Assembly (NCBI GenBank): GCA_030630585.1
Contig: DAOVMU010000001.1
Coordinates: forward strand, 1-34,807
DNA length: 34,807 nucleotides
From: Candidatus Bathyarchaeota archaeon
GTDB lineage: Archaea; Thermoproteota; Bathyarchaeia; Bathyarchaeales; Bathycorpusculaceae
Reading direction: 5' to 3'
Shown one piece after another: positions 1 through 8,358 of the stretch; position 1 is the first letter of the stretch; every line of letters begins with the position of its first letter. The notes under the pieces were generated by a model, which made no database searches, was not told where the DNA came from, and was given only the letters and a program-made list of their open reading frames with translations. A program made the translations under genes and the position numbers.

Positions 1-492
1 AAGCTACGCGAAGCAGACATACTTGTACTAGCCACACCTGTCTACATTCCCTTACCTGGTGAGATGCAGAATCTGATTAATAGGCTGTGTCCTCTTATTG
101 AGCCGATTCTGGAGTTTCGAGATGGTCGTACGCGTGCCAGATTTCATGATGATGTTAAAATTCGCAAGATCGTCTTAGTTTCTACGTGTGGTTGGTGGGA
201 AATGGGCAATTTCGGCACAGTGCTTCGGATTGCTGAAGAACTTGCGAAAGACGTGAATGTTGAGTTTGCAGGTGCCGTTCTGCGTCCCCACGCATATCTT
301 ATGGTTGAGAATAAGGAGAAGGCAAAGAAGGTTACGGAGGCGCTGAGGCAAGCTGGCTACGAGCTCACCAAGAAAGGGCGGATGTCCAAGAGCCTCCTTG
401 AGGTTATTAGTCAGCCTCTCGTTTCTGAAAAAGTGTACAGGCACAGTCTTAATGAAGCGTATGAAAAGGTGAAGAGCGGAGAAAAAGATTAA
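1..492 (+). CDS. Flavodoxin-like / NADPH-dependent FMN reductase family protein (5' truncated by window edge)
   Basis: Frame is open from base 1: KLREADILVLATPVYIPLPGEMQNLINRL, matching the 'AD..V.ATPVY' FMN-binding motif of flavodoxin-like proteins. Confidence 0.8.
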   Translation, partial: KLREADILVLATPVYIPLPGEMQNLINRLCPLIEPILEFRDGRTRARFHDDVKIRKIVLVSTCGWWEMGNFGTVLRIAEELAKDVNVEFAGAVLRPHAYLMVENKEKAKKVTEALRQAGYELTKKGRMSKSLLEVISQPLVSEKVYRHSLNEAYEKVKSGEKD

Positions 493-522
493 ACGCGTTT
501 GCAGGCTTAGAAGCAACAAAAC

Positions 523-553
523 AAAAAATGGGGGGTTTTGCGGGAGATATCTC
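523..553 (-). repeat. Copy A of a short dispersed GC-rich element (similar copy at 15439-15470 on +)
   Basis: Minus strand GAGATATCTCCCGCAAAACCCCCCATTTTTT resembles GAGATGTCTCCCCCGCAAACCTCCCCTTTTCT at 15439-15470. Confidence 0.4.
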
Positions 554-563
554 AATGTGTAGC

Positions 564-588
564 GGGTTCAAATCCCCGCGACCCCACC
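564..588 (+). other. tRNA 3'-end fragment (T-loop plus acceptor 3' strand), Pro/Trp-like; possible att-site scar
   Basis: GGG-TTCAAAT-CCCCG-CGACCCC-A-CC; no matching 5' half (GGGGTCG), D-arm or anticodon arm upstream. Confidence 0.55.
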
Positions 589-873
589 GGTAATCTCCTC
601 AGGGCAGGGAGATCATTGTAAGGGTCTACTTAGGTTTTCGACAAGAACGGCGAATTCCCAATATAGCTTTACCGTGATACATAACCTAGCCTATCATCTG
701 TTCAAGGTTTATGGCGCAACACCGCCACCTTTTGTGGAAAGGTGCCATATGGAAAATAAATGAACCGTAGAGGATTCCTAGTTCCGCACATCCTCTTGCA
801 AAATGCTCTGTGTTGAACTCCATGCAATGTGCGCTATTGCAAAGCTTAAATAGGGATTTTTCCGCAAGATAGG

Positions 874-1980
874 ATGAAGGTAAGAGTTGAAATGTCAGGT
901 TCTTCTTTTGTTAAGAGTGTTGTGCGGACTTGTCTTCGAATTGGGAAGGAAGACCGAGTGATGCTTTTCACTTGGCGTCATACACTTGACTTGGCTGAAG
1001 CTTTTGTGATAGAATGTAGAAGGGCGGGTGCACAGGTTCATGCTGCCTTCTTGAGCGATGAAATCTTTTACGACAGAGTTCTCAATCTTCCATTGGAGTA
1101 CCTCAAGACGTCTGATCCCTTTGATCTCACATTAATGGACATAGCCACCGCTGAAATCATGATATCAGGTCCTGAAAACCCTGAAAGACTCAGGATGGTC
1201 TCAGCTGAGAAATGGGCTGCCCTTGCCGAAGCTGACAAACCATTCATGGACAAGTTCCTAGAGAAAAGGTTCCGCGGGGCACACATATCGTTGGGATACG
1301 TTACACCTCAAAGAGCAAAGACTTACGGCTTCAACCATGATTCCTGGAGAGAAAACGTCAAAGCCGCTTTAGATGTCAAGTACGAGGACATGCGAAAACT
1401 CGGAAAGAAGCTTGGAAACGTCTTGGAGAAGGCCCACGAAGTTCACATAACAACCTCTAAAGGAACAGACTTAACCCTAACACTGGAAGACAGACCTGTA
1501 CACATTTATGACGGTGTAGTCGACGACGAAGACATGAAGAAAGGAGCAACATTCGTAACGTTGCCCAGTGGAACCGTCCAACTCGCTCCCGCGGAAACAA
1601 GCGCAAACGGAATTTTCGTCTCTGACATCCCTGAACCACAGTGGGGGTTACTCATTCACGACATGAAATGGGTTTTCAAAGAAGGCAAGTTAGTTTCCCT
1701 TGAAGGAGGGAAGAACAGTGAAATCCTTCGAGAAAACTGGGAAAAGGCAACAGGGGACAAGGATAGGATAGGAAAGCTTATCTTGGGAATAAACCCGAAA
1801 GCGAAGACAGGTTTCATTGACATCTCAATTGTCCTGGGAACAGCAACCATAGGTGTAGGTGACAACAGAGAATTAGGCGGCAAAAACGAGAGCAAATGGG
1901 GCATCCCCATTACTGCTACCGAACCCACCATTAAGCTAGATGGAAAAACTATTATCAAACGAGGTGAGCTTACCCTCTAG
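874..1980 (+). CDS. Aminopeptidase T / M29 thermophilic metalloprotease-like protein, metal ligands apparently lost
   Basis: 'VHITTSKGTDLTL', 'DGVVDDED', 'LPSG.V', 'LGINPKA', 'GDNRELGGKNES' are typical of M29-like proteins; TATA-like GCTTAAATA at ~844-852. Confidence 0.75.
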   Translation: MKVRVEMSGSSFVKSVVRTCLRIGKEDRVMLFTWRHTLDLAEAFVIECRRAGAQVHAAFLSDEIFYDRVLNLPLEYLKTSDPFDLTLMDIATAEIMISGPENPERLRMVSAEKWAALAEADKPFMDKFLEKRFRGAHISLGYVTPQRAKTYGFNHDSWRENVKAALDVKYEDMRKLGKKLGNVLEKAHEVHITTSKGTDLTLTLEDRPVHIYDGVVDDEDMKKGATFVTLPSGTVQLAPAETSANGIFVSDIPEPQWGLLIHDMKWVFKEGKLVSLEGGKNSEILRENWEKATGDKDRIGKLILGINPKAKTGFIDISIVLGTATIGVGDNRELGGKNESKWGIPITATEPTIKLDGKTIIKRGELTL

Positions 1981-2059
1981 ATTCTACATTGAGCACTCGC
2001 AAAAATGTGGTTATCTTTAAGCCGTGCAAGCAGGTACAAGTTTGGAGAGCGTGCAGTTG

Positions 2060-3292
2060 ATGAATGAAGAAGAGAAATCTCCGTCAGTTGAAGAATTGAG
2101 TAAGAAACTCAATCTAGTAGTGAAGAGACTGGACACCCTAGAAGATGTAATCCTAGTAGGCAACAAGGTCTACATGAGGGTTCCTTCAACGATAGCCGAG
2201 CAGTACTTGGCGGGAGAGCCCCGTATCCACCTAGAAGCGAAACTGATTCTGGAAACGAAGAGGGTGAAAGTCGGCGAAAAACTGAACATCCAGATAGAAT
2301 TTTTCAACGAAGGAAAAACATCCGTTTTTCTGACAGAGATTGAGGAAATTCTCCCAGTCGGTTTTCAGCTAATTGCCAAACCGGATTACTGTCAATTTGA
2401 CGGCACTCGCCTAAGCATGAGTGGAAGGAAGCTTGACCCATCAAAAAGCATGCGGCTAGGGCTAACCCTAAGACCGCTTCAACAAGGCATATTTGCGGTA
2501 AAGCCAAGAGTTGCTTACTCTAACGGGGCTAAGCGCCAAATGTTCTGTAAGCCCACACCTGCGACGGTGGATGTCTTGAAAAACGTTCTTCCCGGTCGTA
2601 TTAGCACGGGATACGACAAGCTTGACAGCTTGCTCCTCGGTGGAATACCTCAGAATTACGCTGTCATACTGACCTCCATTTCCTGCGACGAAAGGGACAT
2701 GCTGATCGAAAAGTTTCTAGAAAAAGGGGCAAAACAGGGTCAAGTCACCATTTACGTGACTATTGAAGCTAGCGGAGTGAAGACTCTCGCAGAGGAGTTT
2801 CAGTCAAACTTCTACCTTTTTCTGTGCAATCCTCAAGCAGACACGATGATCAAAAGCTTACCCAACGTGTTCAAGCTGAAGGGCGTAGAGAACCTAACTG
2901 AGATCAGCATCGCACTAATGTCAACGCTCCGCAAACTCGACGCATCACAGGGCGACCCAAGAAGGGCTTGCATAGGAATAGTATCAGATGTTCTTCTACA
3001 ACACCGTGCCATTCATACCAGAAGATGGCTCACCAATTTGATTCCAGACCTGAAGTCAAAAGGCTTCACTACTCTGGCAATCATGAACCCCTACATGCAC
3101 GACACGCAAGAAGTCCAAGCAATCCTAGACCTGTTTGAAGGGGAAATCAGCATATACGAAAGAGATTCAGCGAAATCTCTGAAAGTCAGAAAAATGCACA
3201 ATCAAAGATACTTAGAGAGTGAACTACCTCTCAGAAAGGAAAAGCTAAGCTTTGCGCACCCGCCAAAAACAAGTGACTGGGCAAGATTCTAG
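2060..3292 (+). CDS. Ig-like (BatD/DUF11-type) domain fused to a degenerate KaiC/RAD55-type ATPase domain
   Basis: 'RISTGYDKLDSLLLGGIP' opens a RecA/KaiC domain, but the Walker A position reads SISCDERD; N-terminal 'VKVGEKLNIQIEFFNEGKT...IEEILPVGF' looks Ig-like. Start could be 2024. Confidence 0.7.
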   Translation: MNEEEKSPSVEELSKKLNLVVKRLDTLEDVILVGNKVYMRVPSTIAEQYLAGEPRIHLEAKLILETKRVKVGEKLNIQIEFFNEGKTSVFLTEIEEILPVGFQLIAKPDYCQFDGTRLSMSGRKLDPSKSMRLGLTLRPLQQGIFAVKPRVAYSNGAKRQMFCKPTPATVDVLKNVLPGRISTGYDKLDSLLLGGIPQNYAVILTSISCDERDMLIEKFLEKGAKQGQVTIYVTIEASGVKTLAEEFQSNFYLFLCNPQADTMIKSLPNVFKLKGVENLTEISIALMSTLRKLDASQGDPRRACIGIVSDVLLQHRAIHTRRWLTNLIPDLKSKGFTTLAIMNPYMHDTQEVQAILDLFEGEISIYERDSAKSLKVRKMHNQRYLESELPLRKEKLSFAHPPKTSDWARF

Positions 3293-3353
3293 CTCGAATA
3301 GCCCGCATGCTCTTGTCAAAGATGGCAGTGTCAAGTTTTTCTAGGGCGCAACG

Positions 3354-3773
3354 TCACGTGGACCTTTCCACCCAGTGAGCCTCTTTCTCTGTTATCTCCT
3401 TCTTCCAGATTGGCGTTTCATTCTTGACTCTATCAACTAATTCGATTACTGCTTGGAAAACTTCCTCACGATGCTTCGACGCTACTAAGACGCACATCAC
3501 GTCCTCTCCAACCTTCACCTTTCCTGTACGGTGTTCCGCTATGGCATCTATTATTCTATACTTCTTTTCCACATCCTTCAATGTTCTCTCCAAAACTTTG
3601 GGCGCTAACACCTCATGCGCATCATACTCCAGCCTTAGAACTTTTTCGCCACCAGATGTTCCTCTGACTGTTCCTATGAAAATCGCTATTGCACCTATAT
3701 CTTTTGATGCTTCCTTAAGTTGACTGATTAGGGATTGCAAATTATCCAGTTTTTGAGAAACCTTCACCTTCAT
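3354..3773 (-). CDS. moaE: Molybdopterin synthase catalytic subunit
   Basis: GAIAIFIGTVR, LEYDAH, HRTG, SKHREE, PIWKKE motifs intact; ATG at 3773 directly follows the moaD stop. Confidence 0.92.
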   Translation of the reverse strand: MKVKVSQKLDNLQSLISQLKEASKDIGAIAIFIGTVRGTSGGEKVLRLEYDAHEVLAPKVLERTLKDVEKKYRIIDAIAEHRTGKVKVGEDVMCVLVASKHREEVFQAVIELVDRVKNETPIWKKEITEKEAHWVERST

Positions 3774-3774
3774 C

Positions 3775-4077
3775 TTAACCACCAGAGGGTAAGGGCATGA
3801 CATCAACTACGTCTCCACCCCTAAGCTTTAACCTTACTAAATCTGAATGCTTGACGAAGTTGTTGTTAACGCTGATCATCACGTTGTCTTTTAGCTCTAA
3901 TTCGTCATTGACAATTACACTCATATCGTTACCTATGATTTCCGCCACTTTTCCCATTAGAGAGATGAAGTTAGAATTCTCCTTAAGCTTCAGAACAACC
4001 CCCCTGACTCCTAACTTCTCCCTCAAACTCGCGTAGAATTTCACCCTCACCTTTCCATATCTCGAGGAACGCTCCAT
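3775..4077 (-). CDS. moaD: Ubiquitin-like sulfur carrier MoaD/SAMP1-type
   Basis: 'VRVKFYASLRE...ISVNN...LRGGDVVDVMPLPSGG' beta-grasp fold with C-terminal GG; adjacent to moaE; start uncertain (4050-4131). Confidence 0.88.
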   Translation of the reverse strand: MERSSRYGKVRVKFYASLREKLGVRGVVLKLKENSNFISLMGKVAEIIGNDMSVIVNDELELKDNVMISVNNNFVKHSDLVRLKLRGGDVVDVMPLPSGG

Positions 4078-4324
4078 TTTATCCTCCACCCACTGACGCA
4101 AGTATTGAAACGTAATCCGCGCACGCTGCAACTATGAATTCAGCTTTGCGGAAAACCAAAGGATTCTGCAAAGACATAATAATTGTCCCAGCATCATAAG
4201 TCACTTCCTTGTACTCCAAGCGTCTAAAAAGCTTCTTCGCCATAATTTTTCCTCTTTCAAAAGACTATTGTATCCGTATGTTACTTAGCATTTTCTAGAG
4301 CAAATCAAGGCTATGTGAACCTCA

Positions 4325-5269
4325 ATGAGCGCTGTCATATGCACCATTTGCAAGCGTGGGGAAGCTTTCTTTTTTAGACCATACTCTGGAGAGAAACTAT
4401 GCAGAAGATGCTTCATTAAATCCGTTGACGAAAAGGCTAGAGCTACTATTGCCAAGTACCGGATGCTTGAATTTGACGATGAGATAGCTGTGGCTGTTTC
4501 TGGCGGGAAGGACAGCGTCAGCCTGTTGCATATTTTAGCTAAAATAGAGCGGGACTATCCGAAGTCTTCGCTTGTAGCAGTTACAGTAGATGAAGGAATT
4601 AGAGGATATCGAGATGAAGCTCTGAAAATAGCGGCTGAAAACTGCAAAAAACTCGGTATAGAACACCACATAGTCTCTTTCAAGGAGCTTTATGGCTACA
4701 CATTAGATGAAATTATAAAGCATCTGAGAAAAAAGGGAAAAAGCAAACTAACACCATGCGCGTACTGCGGCGTACTAAGAAGAAAAGCGTTAAACGTTGT
4801 TGCAAGAGATGTCAAAGCAGATAAGCTTGCAACCGGCCACACATTGGATGATGAAACACAGACAATTCTCTTAAACATTCTTCACGGCGACCCCTTAAGA
4901 ATGGCAAGGCAGAAACCAATCACAGACAAGGCGCATCCAAATCTTGTGCAAAGAATGAAGCCCTTCTGCGAAATTCCAGAAAAAGAAACAGCCCTCTACG
5001 CTTATGTCAAAAAAATAACGTTTCAAGACATACCATGCCCATACGCCTCAGAAGCCTTAAGAAATGACATACGCCTTTTTCTGAACAGAATGGAAGAGAA
5101 ACATGCTGGAATAAAATTTACAATATTCAAGTCAATACAGAAAATCAGACCAGCAATAGCAAAGATTGAAAAAAAAGAAGAATCAAATAAATGCAGCAAA
5201 TGCGGTGAACCAACAACTGGAAGGATATGTAAAGCATGCCAAATGCTTCAGCAACTGGAGACGCCTTAG
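4325..5269 (+). CDS. ncsA: tRNA 2-thiolation protein NcsA/TtuA (Ncs6/TIGR00269 family)
   Basis: N- and C-terminal Zn fingers, PP-loop SGGKDS, PCAYCGVLRR, GHTLDD, CPY. Confidence 0.9.
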   Translation: MSAVICTICKRGEAFFFRPYSGEKLCRRCFIKSVDEKARATIAKYRMLEFDDEIAVAVSGGKDSVSLLHILAKIERDYPKSSLVAVTVDEGIRGYRDEALKIAAENCKKLGIEHHIVSFKELYGYTLDEIIKHLRKKGKSKLTPCAYCGVLRRKALNVVARDVKADKLATGHTLDDETQTILLNILHGDPLRMARQKPITDKAHPNLVQRMKPFCEIPEKETALYAYVKKITFQDIPCPYASEALRNDIRLFLNRMEEKHAGIKFTIFKSIQKIRPAIAKIEKKEESNKCSKCGEPTTGRICKACQMLQQLETP

Positions 5270-5349
5270 TCCCTATTCACGTTCAAACTGAAAGAAAGAA
5301 TATAAAAAAGTGCGCGTCAACTTAGTTAGATCAACATGGGGGACCGAAA

Positions 5350-6390
5350 ATAATTCGTTTTGATCCTGAAGAATATTATAAGAGGCAAACTGTTCTGCAC
5401 GAACTCGGACATGAAGGACAAGAAAAGCTAAAACACTCAAAAGTCGCGGTTATCGGATTGGGAGGGCTTGGAAGTGCAGCAACTCAATATCTGGCTTTAG
5501 CCGGTGTAGGGTATTTGCGCTTAGTAGACCAAGACACCGTGGAATTGCGCAACCTGCACAGACAAGTACTCTATAGCCTTGACGACTTAAGATTTCCCAA
5601 AGTTGAGGCAGCAGCAAAAAGGACTAAACAGATAAATCCAGAGGTGCATGTAGAGCCCTTGCCGGAAAACGTGAGAGAGAGCAATGTGGAAGAAATTCTT
5701 GACGGTGTGGATTGTGTCATTGACGGACTGGATAATATGCGTACGCGTTATCTTTTAAACAGGGTAAGCGTAGAAAGGGAAATTCCTTATGTTTATGCGG
5801 CTGCCATCGGAATTGAGGGTTACCTATCTGTGTTCACTCCTCCTGAAACACCATGCCTCGCGTGTAATTTCCCAAACCTAGACGACCGTTACCTGCTTAC
5901 ATGCGAAACCCGCGGTGTTCTCGGCGCTACAACAGGGATCATAGGGACCATGGAAGCCATGGAAGCCATAAAGATACTTGCAGGAATCGGAGATACACTC
6001 AGAAATACCCTTTTGGTATGTGATTTTTACGACATGTACATAGCCAGAGTTGATATTTTCAAAAACCCCAAATGCTCAGTTTGTGGAGAAGCTAAAGCAG
6101 AGAAGGGTGTAGAAGCGGCCGAACGGTTAGTTTGGTTATGTGGTCAAGATACGGCGAATGTGAATCCACGAAAGCCCTTGAAACTAAGCGTTGATGATGT
6201 GTATAATCGTTTAAGCAAGCGTTTTAGAGTGCTTTTGAAGTCGTCTTTTGTTGTGGTGTTTAAACACAATGATGTAGAGGTCAGCCTATTTAGAGGAGGC
6301 AGAATGCTAATAAAAAATATTAAGAGCAAAAAAGAAGCATTAAAGGTCTACAACACCGTTATCAAACAGTTAGAAGTTGAGACGGACTAA
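5350..6390 (+). CDS. moeB: E1-like ThiF/MoeB (UbaA-type) ubiquitin-like protein activating enzyme
   Basis: In-frame YYKRQ...GQEKLKHSKVAVIGLGGLG upstream of the ORF-track start; D.D.VE..NLHRQ, PCLAC, TCETRGVLG, CSVC; start inferred at ATA 5350 (no ATG/GTG/TTG after in-frame TAG at 5323). Confidence 0.88.
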   Translation: MIRFDPEEYYKRQTVLHELGHEGQEKLKHSKVAVIGLGGLGSAATQYLALAGVGYLRLVDQDTVELRNLHRQVLYSLDDLRFPKVEAAAKRTKQINPEVHVEPLPENVRESNVEEILDGVDCVIDGLDNMRTRYLLNRVSVEREIPYVYAAAIGIEGYLSVFTPPETPCLACNFPNLDDRYLLTCETRGVLGATTGIIGTMEAMEAIKILAGIGDTLRNTLLVCDFYDMYIARVDIFKNPKCSVCGEAKAEKGVEAAERLVWLCGQDTANVNPRKPLKLSVDDVYNRLSKRFRVLLKSSFVVVFKHNDVEVSLFRGGRMLIKNIKSKKEALKVYNTVIKQLEVETD

Positions 6391-6511
6391 CGTTCCGGTT
6401 TAGGTTTGGCGTTTCAGCGCTCCTGAGCCCATTATCGTAAACTTTTCAGAAAAGCGCGCACTAGTAAAAGATTTTTGGAAGAAACGACCATACATAGACT
6501 TGAGTGAAAAC

Positions 6512-6796
6512 ATGAAAGTCAAAATAAAATATCTTGGCAGAACCATGGAACTCTTTGGTTTATCTCCAGACCAAAAAGAAGAAACAATCTCCTTACGTCA
6601 GAAATCTTTGTATAAAGATGCTTTAGAAAAAATTAAGGAGAAATTCTTGCGGGCTAACAAAAACAAAGACATAGGAAAATATGACATCTTCAATGATATT
6701 GCAGTTTTCTCTAAAGGTAGAATTTTGAGAAATATTAAGGAAAGACCAATTGACCATCCAGAAATAATCATTGCTCCACTCATTGCGGGAGGTTAA
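6512..6796 (+). CDS. Second, divergent ubiquitin-like protein (MoaD/ThiS/SAMP family)
   Basis: MKVKIKYLG start and C-terminal 'IIIAPLIAGG'; downstream of the E1-like gene. Confidence 0.72.
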   Translation: MKVKIKYLGRTMELFGLSPDQKEETISLRQKSLYKDALEKIKEKFLRANKNKDIGKYDIFNDIAVFSKGRILRNIKERPIDHPEIIIAPLIAGG

Positions 6797-6872
6797 TTCT
6801 AAAAATCTCTCTCCCCCCGGCGCGCCCGAGCGACCTACTGTTTTCAATGAGCAAGTCTTTATGAGAAATACA

Positions 6873-7211
6873 TTATGCTAGTTTGCAGACGCTGGTGATA
6901 ATCTTCTTCAATTCTCTGTAGTTTTCTAGTAACAAGAAACCGGCACTTGTCAATTCCGATCTGCCTCCGTGTTTACCACCTTTCTGAGTCATTACTATAC
7001 GTTCCTCTAAGTGTTTCTCTACCTCTTTAATAAGGTCCCACGCATGGCGGTAAGACATTTTTGTAGCTTTTGCTGCGGCGCTTATCGACTTTTCCTTTCT
7101 TATCTGATCCAGAAGCATGTAAGTTCCTTCTCCAAAAACATAGTTGTCTCCAATTTCAAACCATAACTTGAAGACAGGTTTGATTTTTCCCTTTTCTAGC
7201 GAAAATGACAA
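6873..7211 (-). CDS. modE: ModE-family winged-HTH regulator (DNA-binding domain only)
   Basis: 'FGEG...LL..I....SISAAAKATKMSYRHAW..I...E..L...V....GGKHGG.S.LT' is the ModE N-terminal signature; SD GAGGTGA favours the TTG start at 7211 (ORF track 7223). Confidence 0.85.
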   Translation of the reverse strand: MSFSLEKGKIKPVFKLWFEIGDNYVFGEGTYMLLDQIRKEKSISAAAKATKMSYRHAWDLIKEVEKHLEERIVMTQKGGKHGGRSELTSAGFLLLENYRELKKIITSVCKLA

Positions 7212-7214
7212 TTG

Positions 7215-7238
7215 CGATATCACCTCTATAACATTACA
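7215..7238. promoter_or_regulatory. Putative ModE operator over the modE translation start region (autoregulation)
   Basis: CGATATC-N10-CATTACA, same 24-bp geometry as the sites at 10179 and 10299. Confidence 0.45.
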
Positions 7239-7296
7239 CTTGGTTTTTTATTTAGGTGTTTTTGAATGTCCGATCACAAGTTTTTCTCTGAATAAG

Positions 7297-8358
7297 TCAA
7301 TCAATTGTCTGAACTGAAGACGCTTTAAAGGCCACGAAAACTTTAGAGGAAAGGTTCAGGTGCATCTCTATGAAAGAGCGTTTGGTTATTTGAACTACAA
7401 ACTGTTTTCCAGCCCTTATTCTAAGCCTTACTGTTGGTCCTAAGTCTAGGATTTCAGCTATTTCTCCTTCAAAAACGTTTCTTGCACTTGAAACAATTTT
7501 GGTTTTCGACAGAATAATATCTTCAGGTCTTACGAAAACAGAGATTTTCCCAGACCTTCTTGTTGCAGCCTCGATCTGCATATGATCTCCAACGTTGATT
7601 ATGGATGTTCCATCTTTTGTAACGTGCGAAATTCCTGAAAAAATGTTTTCGACTCTCGCAAAATCCGCTAATTTCTTGGAATCATCAAGTATTTCACGGG
7701 TTTTTCCGACATCAACCAGTTTTCCGTTGTTGATTAGAGCAACTTTTTCAGAAAGAGCTTTCACTTGAAAAAGGTTATGTGTTGCCAACACTATAGTTGT
7801 GTTTGTATCTTGTGCTATTTGAGATATGGCTGCTTCAATTATTGACCCGCTTCTTTGATCCAAGTTTGCTGTGGGCTCGTCTAATAACAGAAGTTCTGTT
7901 CCGAGTGCCAGGGCTCTTGCAAGGGAAACTCTTTGCTGTTCTCCTCCAGATAATTTCTTTGCAGGACGTTTTCCATAACCTTCAAGTCTTACCAGCCTTA
8001 GAACATTTCTAACTCGCTCATTTGCCTCCTTATTTGAAAGTCCTCTAAGCTTCAGTCCATACGCAATGTTCTTGTAGACTGTTGCATTGAACAATGCAGT
8101 TTTTTGAAAAACCATTGTGGTTTTTAACCTAAGCTTAGCCATGATTCCCTCCTTAACCAATTCTTTATTAAGGTACACTTTTCCCTTTGTGGGCTTTTCG
8201 ATGCAAGCCAAAATTTTTAACAGCGTGGTCTTTCCCGACCCATTTGGTCCTATTAAGGTAAATACTTCTCCCTTAGGAATTTCCAACGATACACCATGGA
8301 GAGCAGTTATTTCTCCATACATTTTGGTAACATTGTCTAATTCGGCCATCACGCTCAT
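7297..8358 (-). CDS. tupC: Tungstate ABC transporter ATP-binding subunit with TOBE domain
   Basis: GPNGSGKT, LSGGEQQR, LLLDEP; C-terminal 'SSARN' TOBE. Confidence 0.88.
   Translation of the reverse strand: MSVMAELDNVTKMYGEITALHGVSLEIPKGEVFTLIGPNGSGKTTLLKILACIEKPTKGKVYLNKELVKEGIMAKLRLKTTMVFQKTALFNATVYKNIAYGLKLRGLSNKEANERVRNVLRLVRLEGYGKRPAKKLSGGEQQRVSLARALALGTELLLLDEPTANLDQRSGSIIEAAISQIAQDTNTTIVLATHNLFQVKALSEKVALINNGKLVDVGKTREILDDSKKLADFARVENIFSGISHVTKDGTSIINVGDHMQIEAATRRSGKISVFVRPEDIILSKTKIVSSARNVFEGEIAEILDLGPTVRLRIRAGKQFVVQITKRSFIEMHLNLSSKVFVAFKASSVQTID

Noticed and set aside
6808..6836. GC-rich patch CTCTCCCCCCGGCGCGCCCGAGCGACC between convergent genes
   Set aside because: No convincing tRNA arm, hairpin or second copy; too short to support a call
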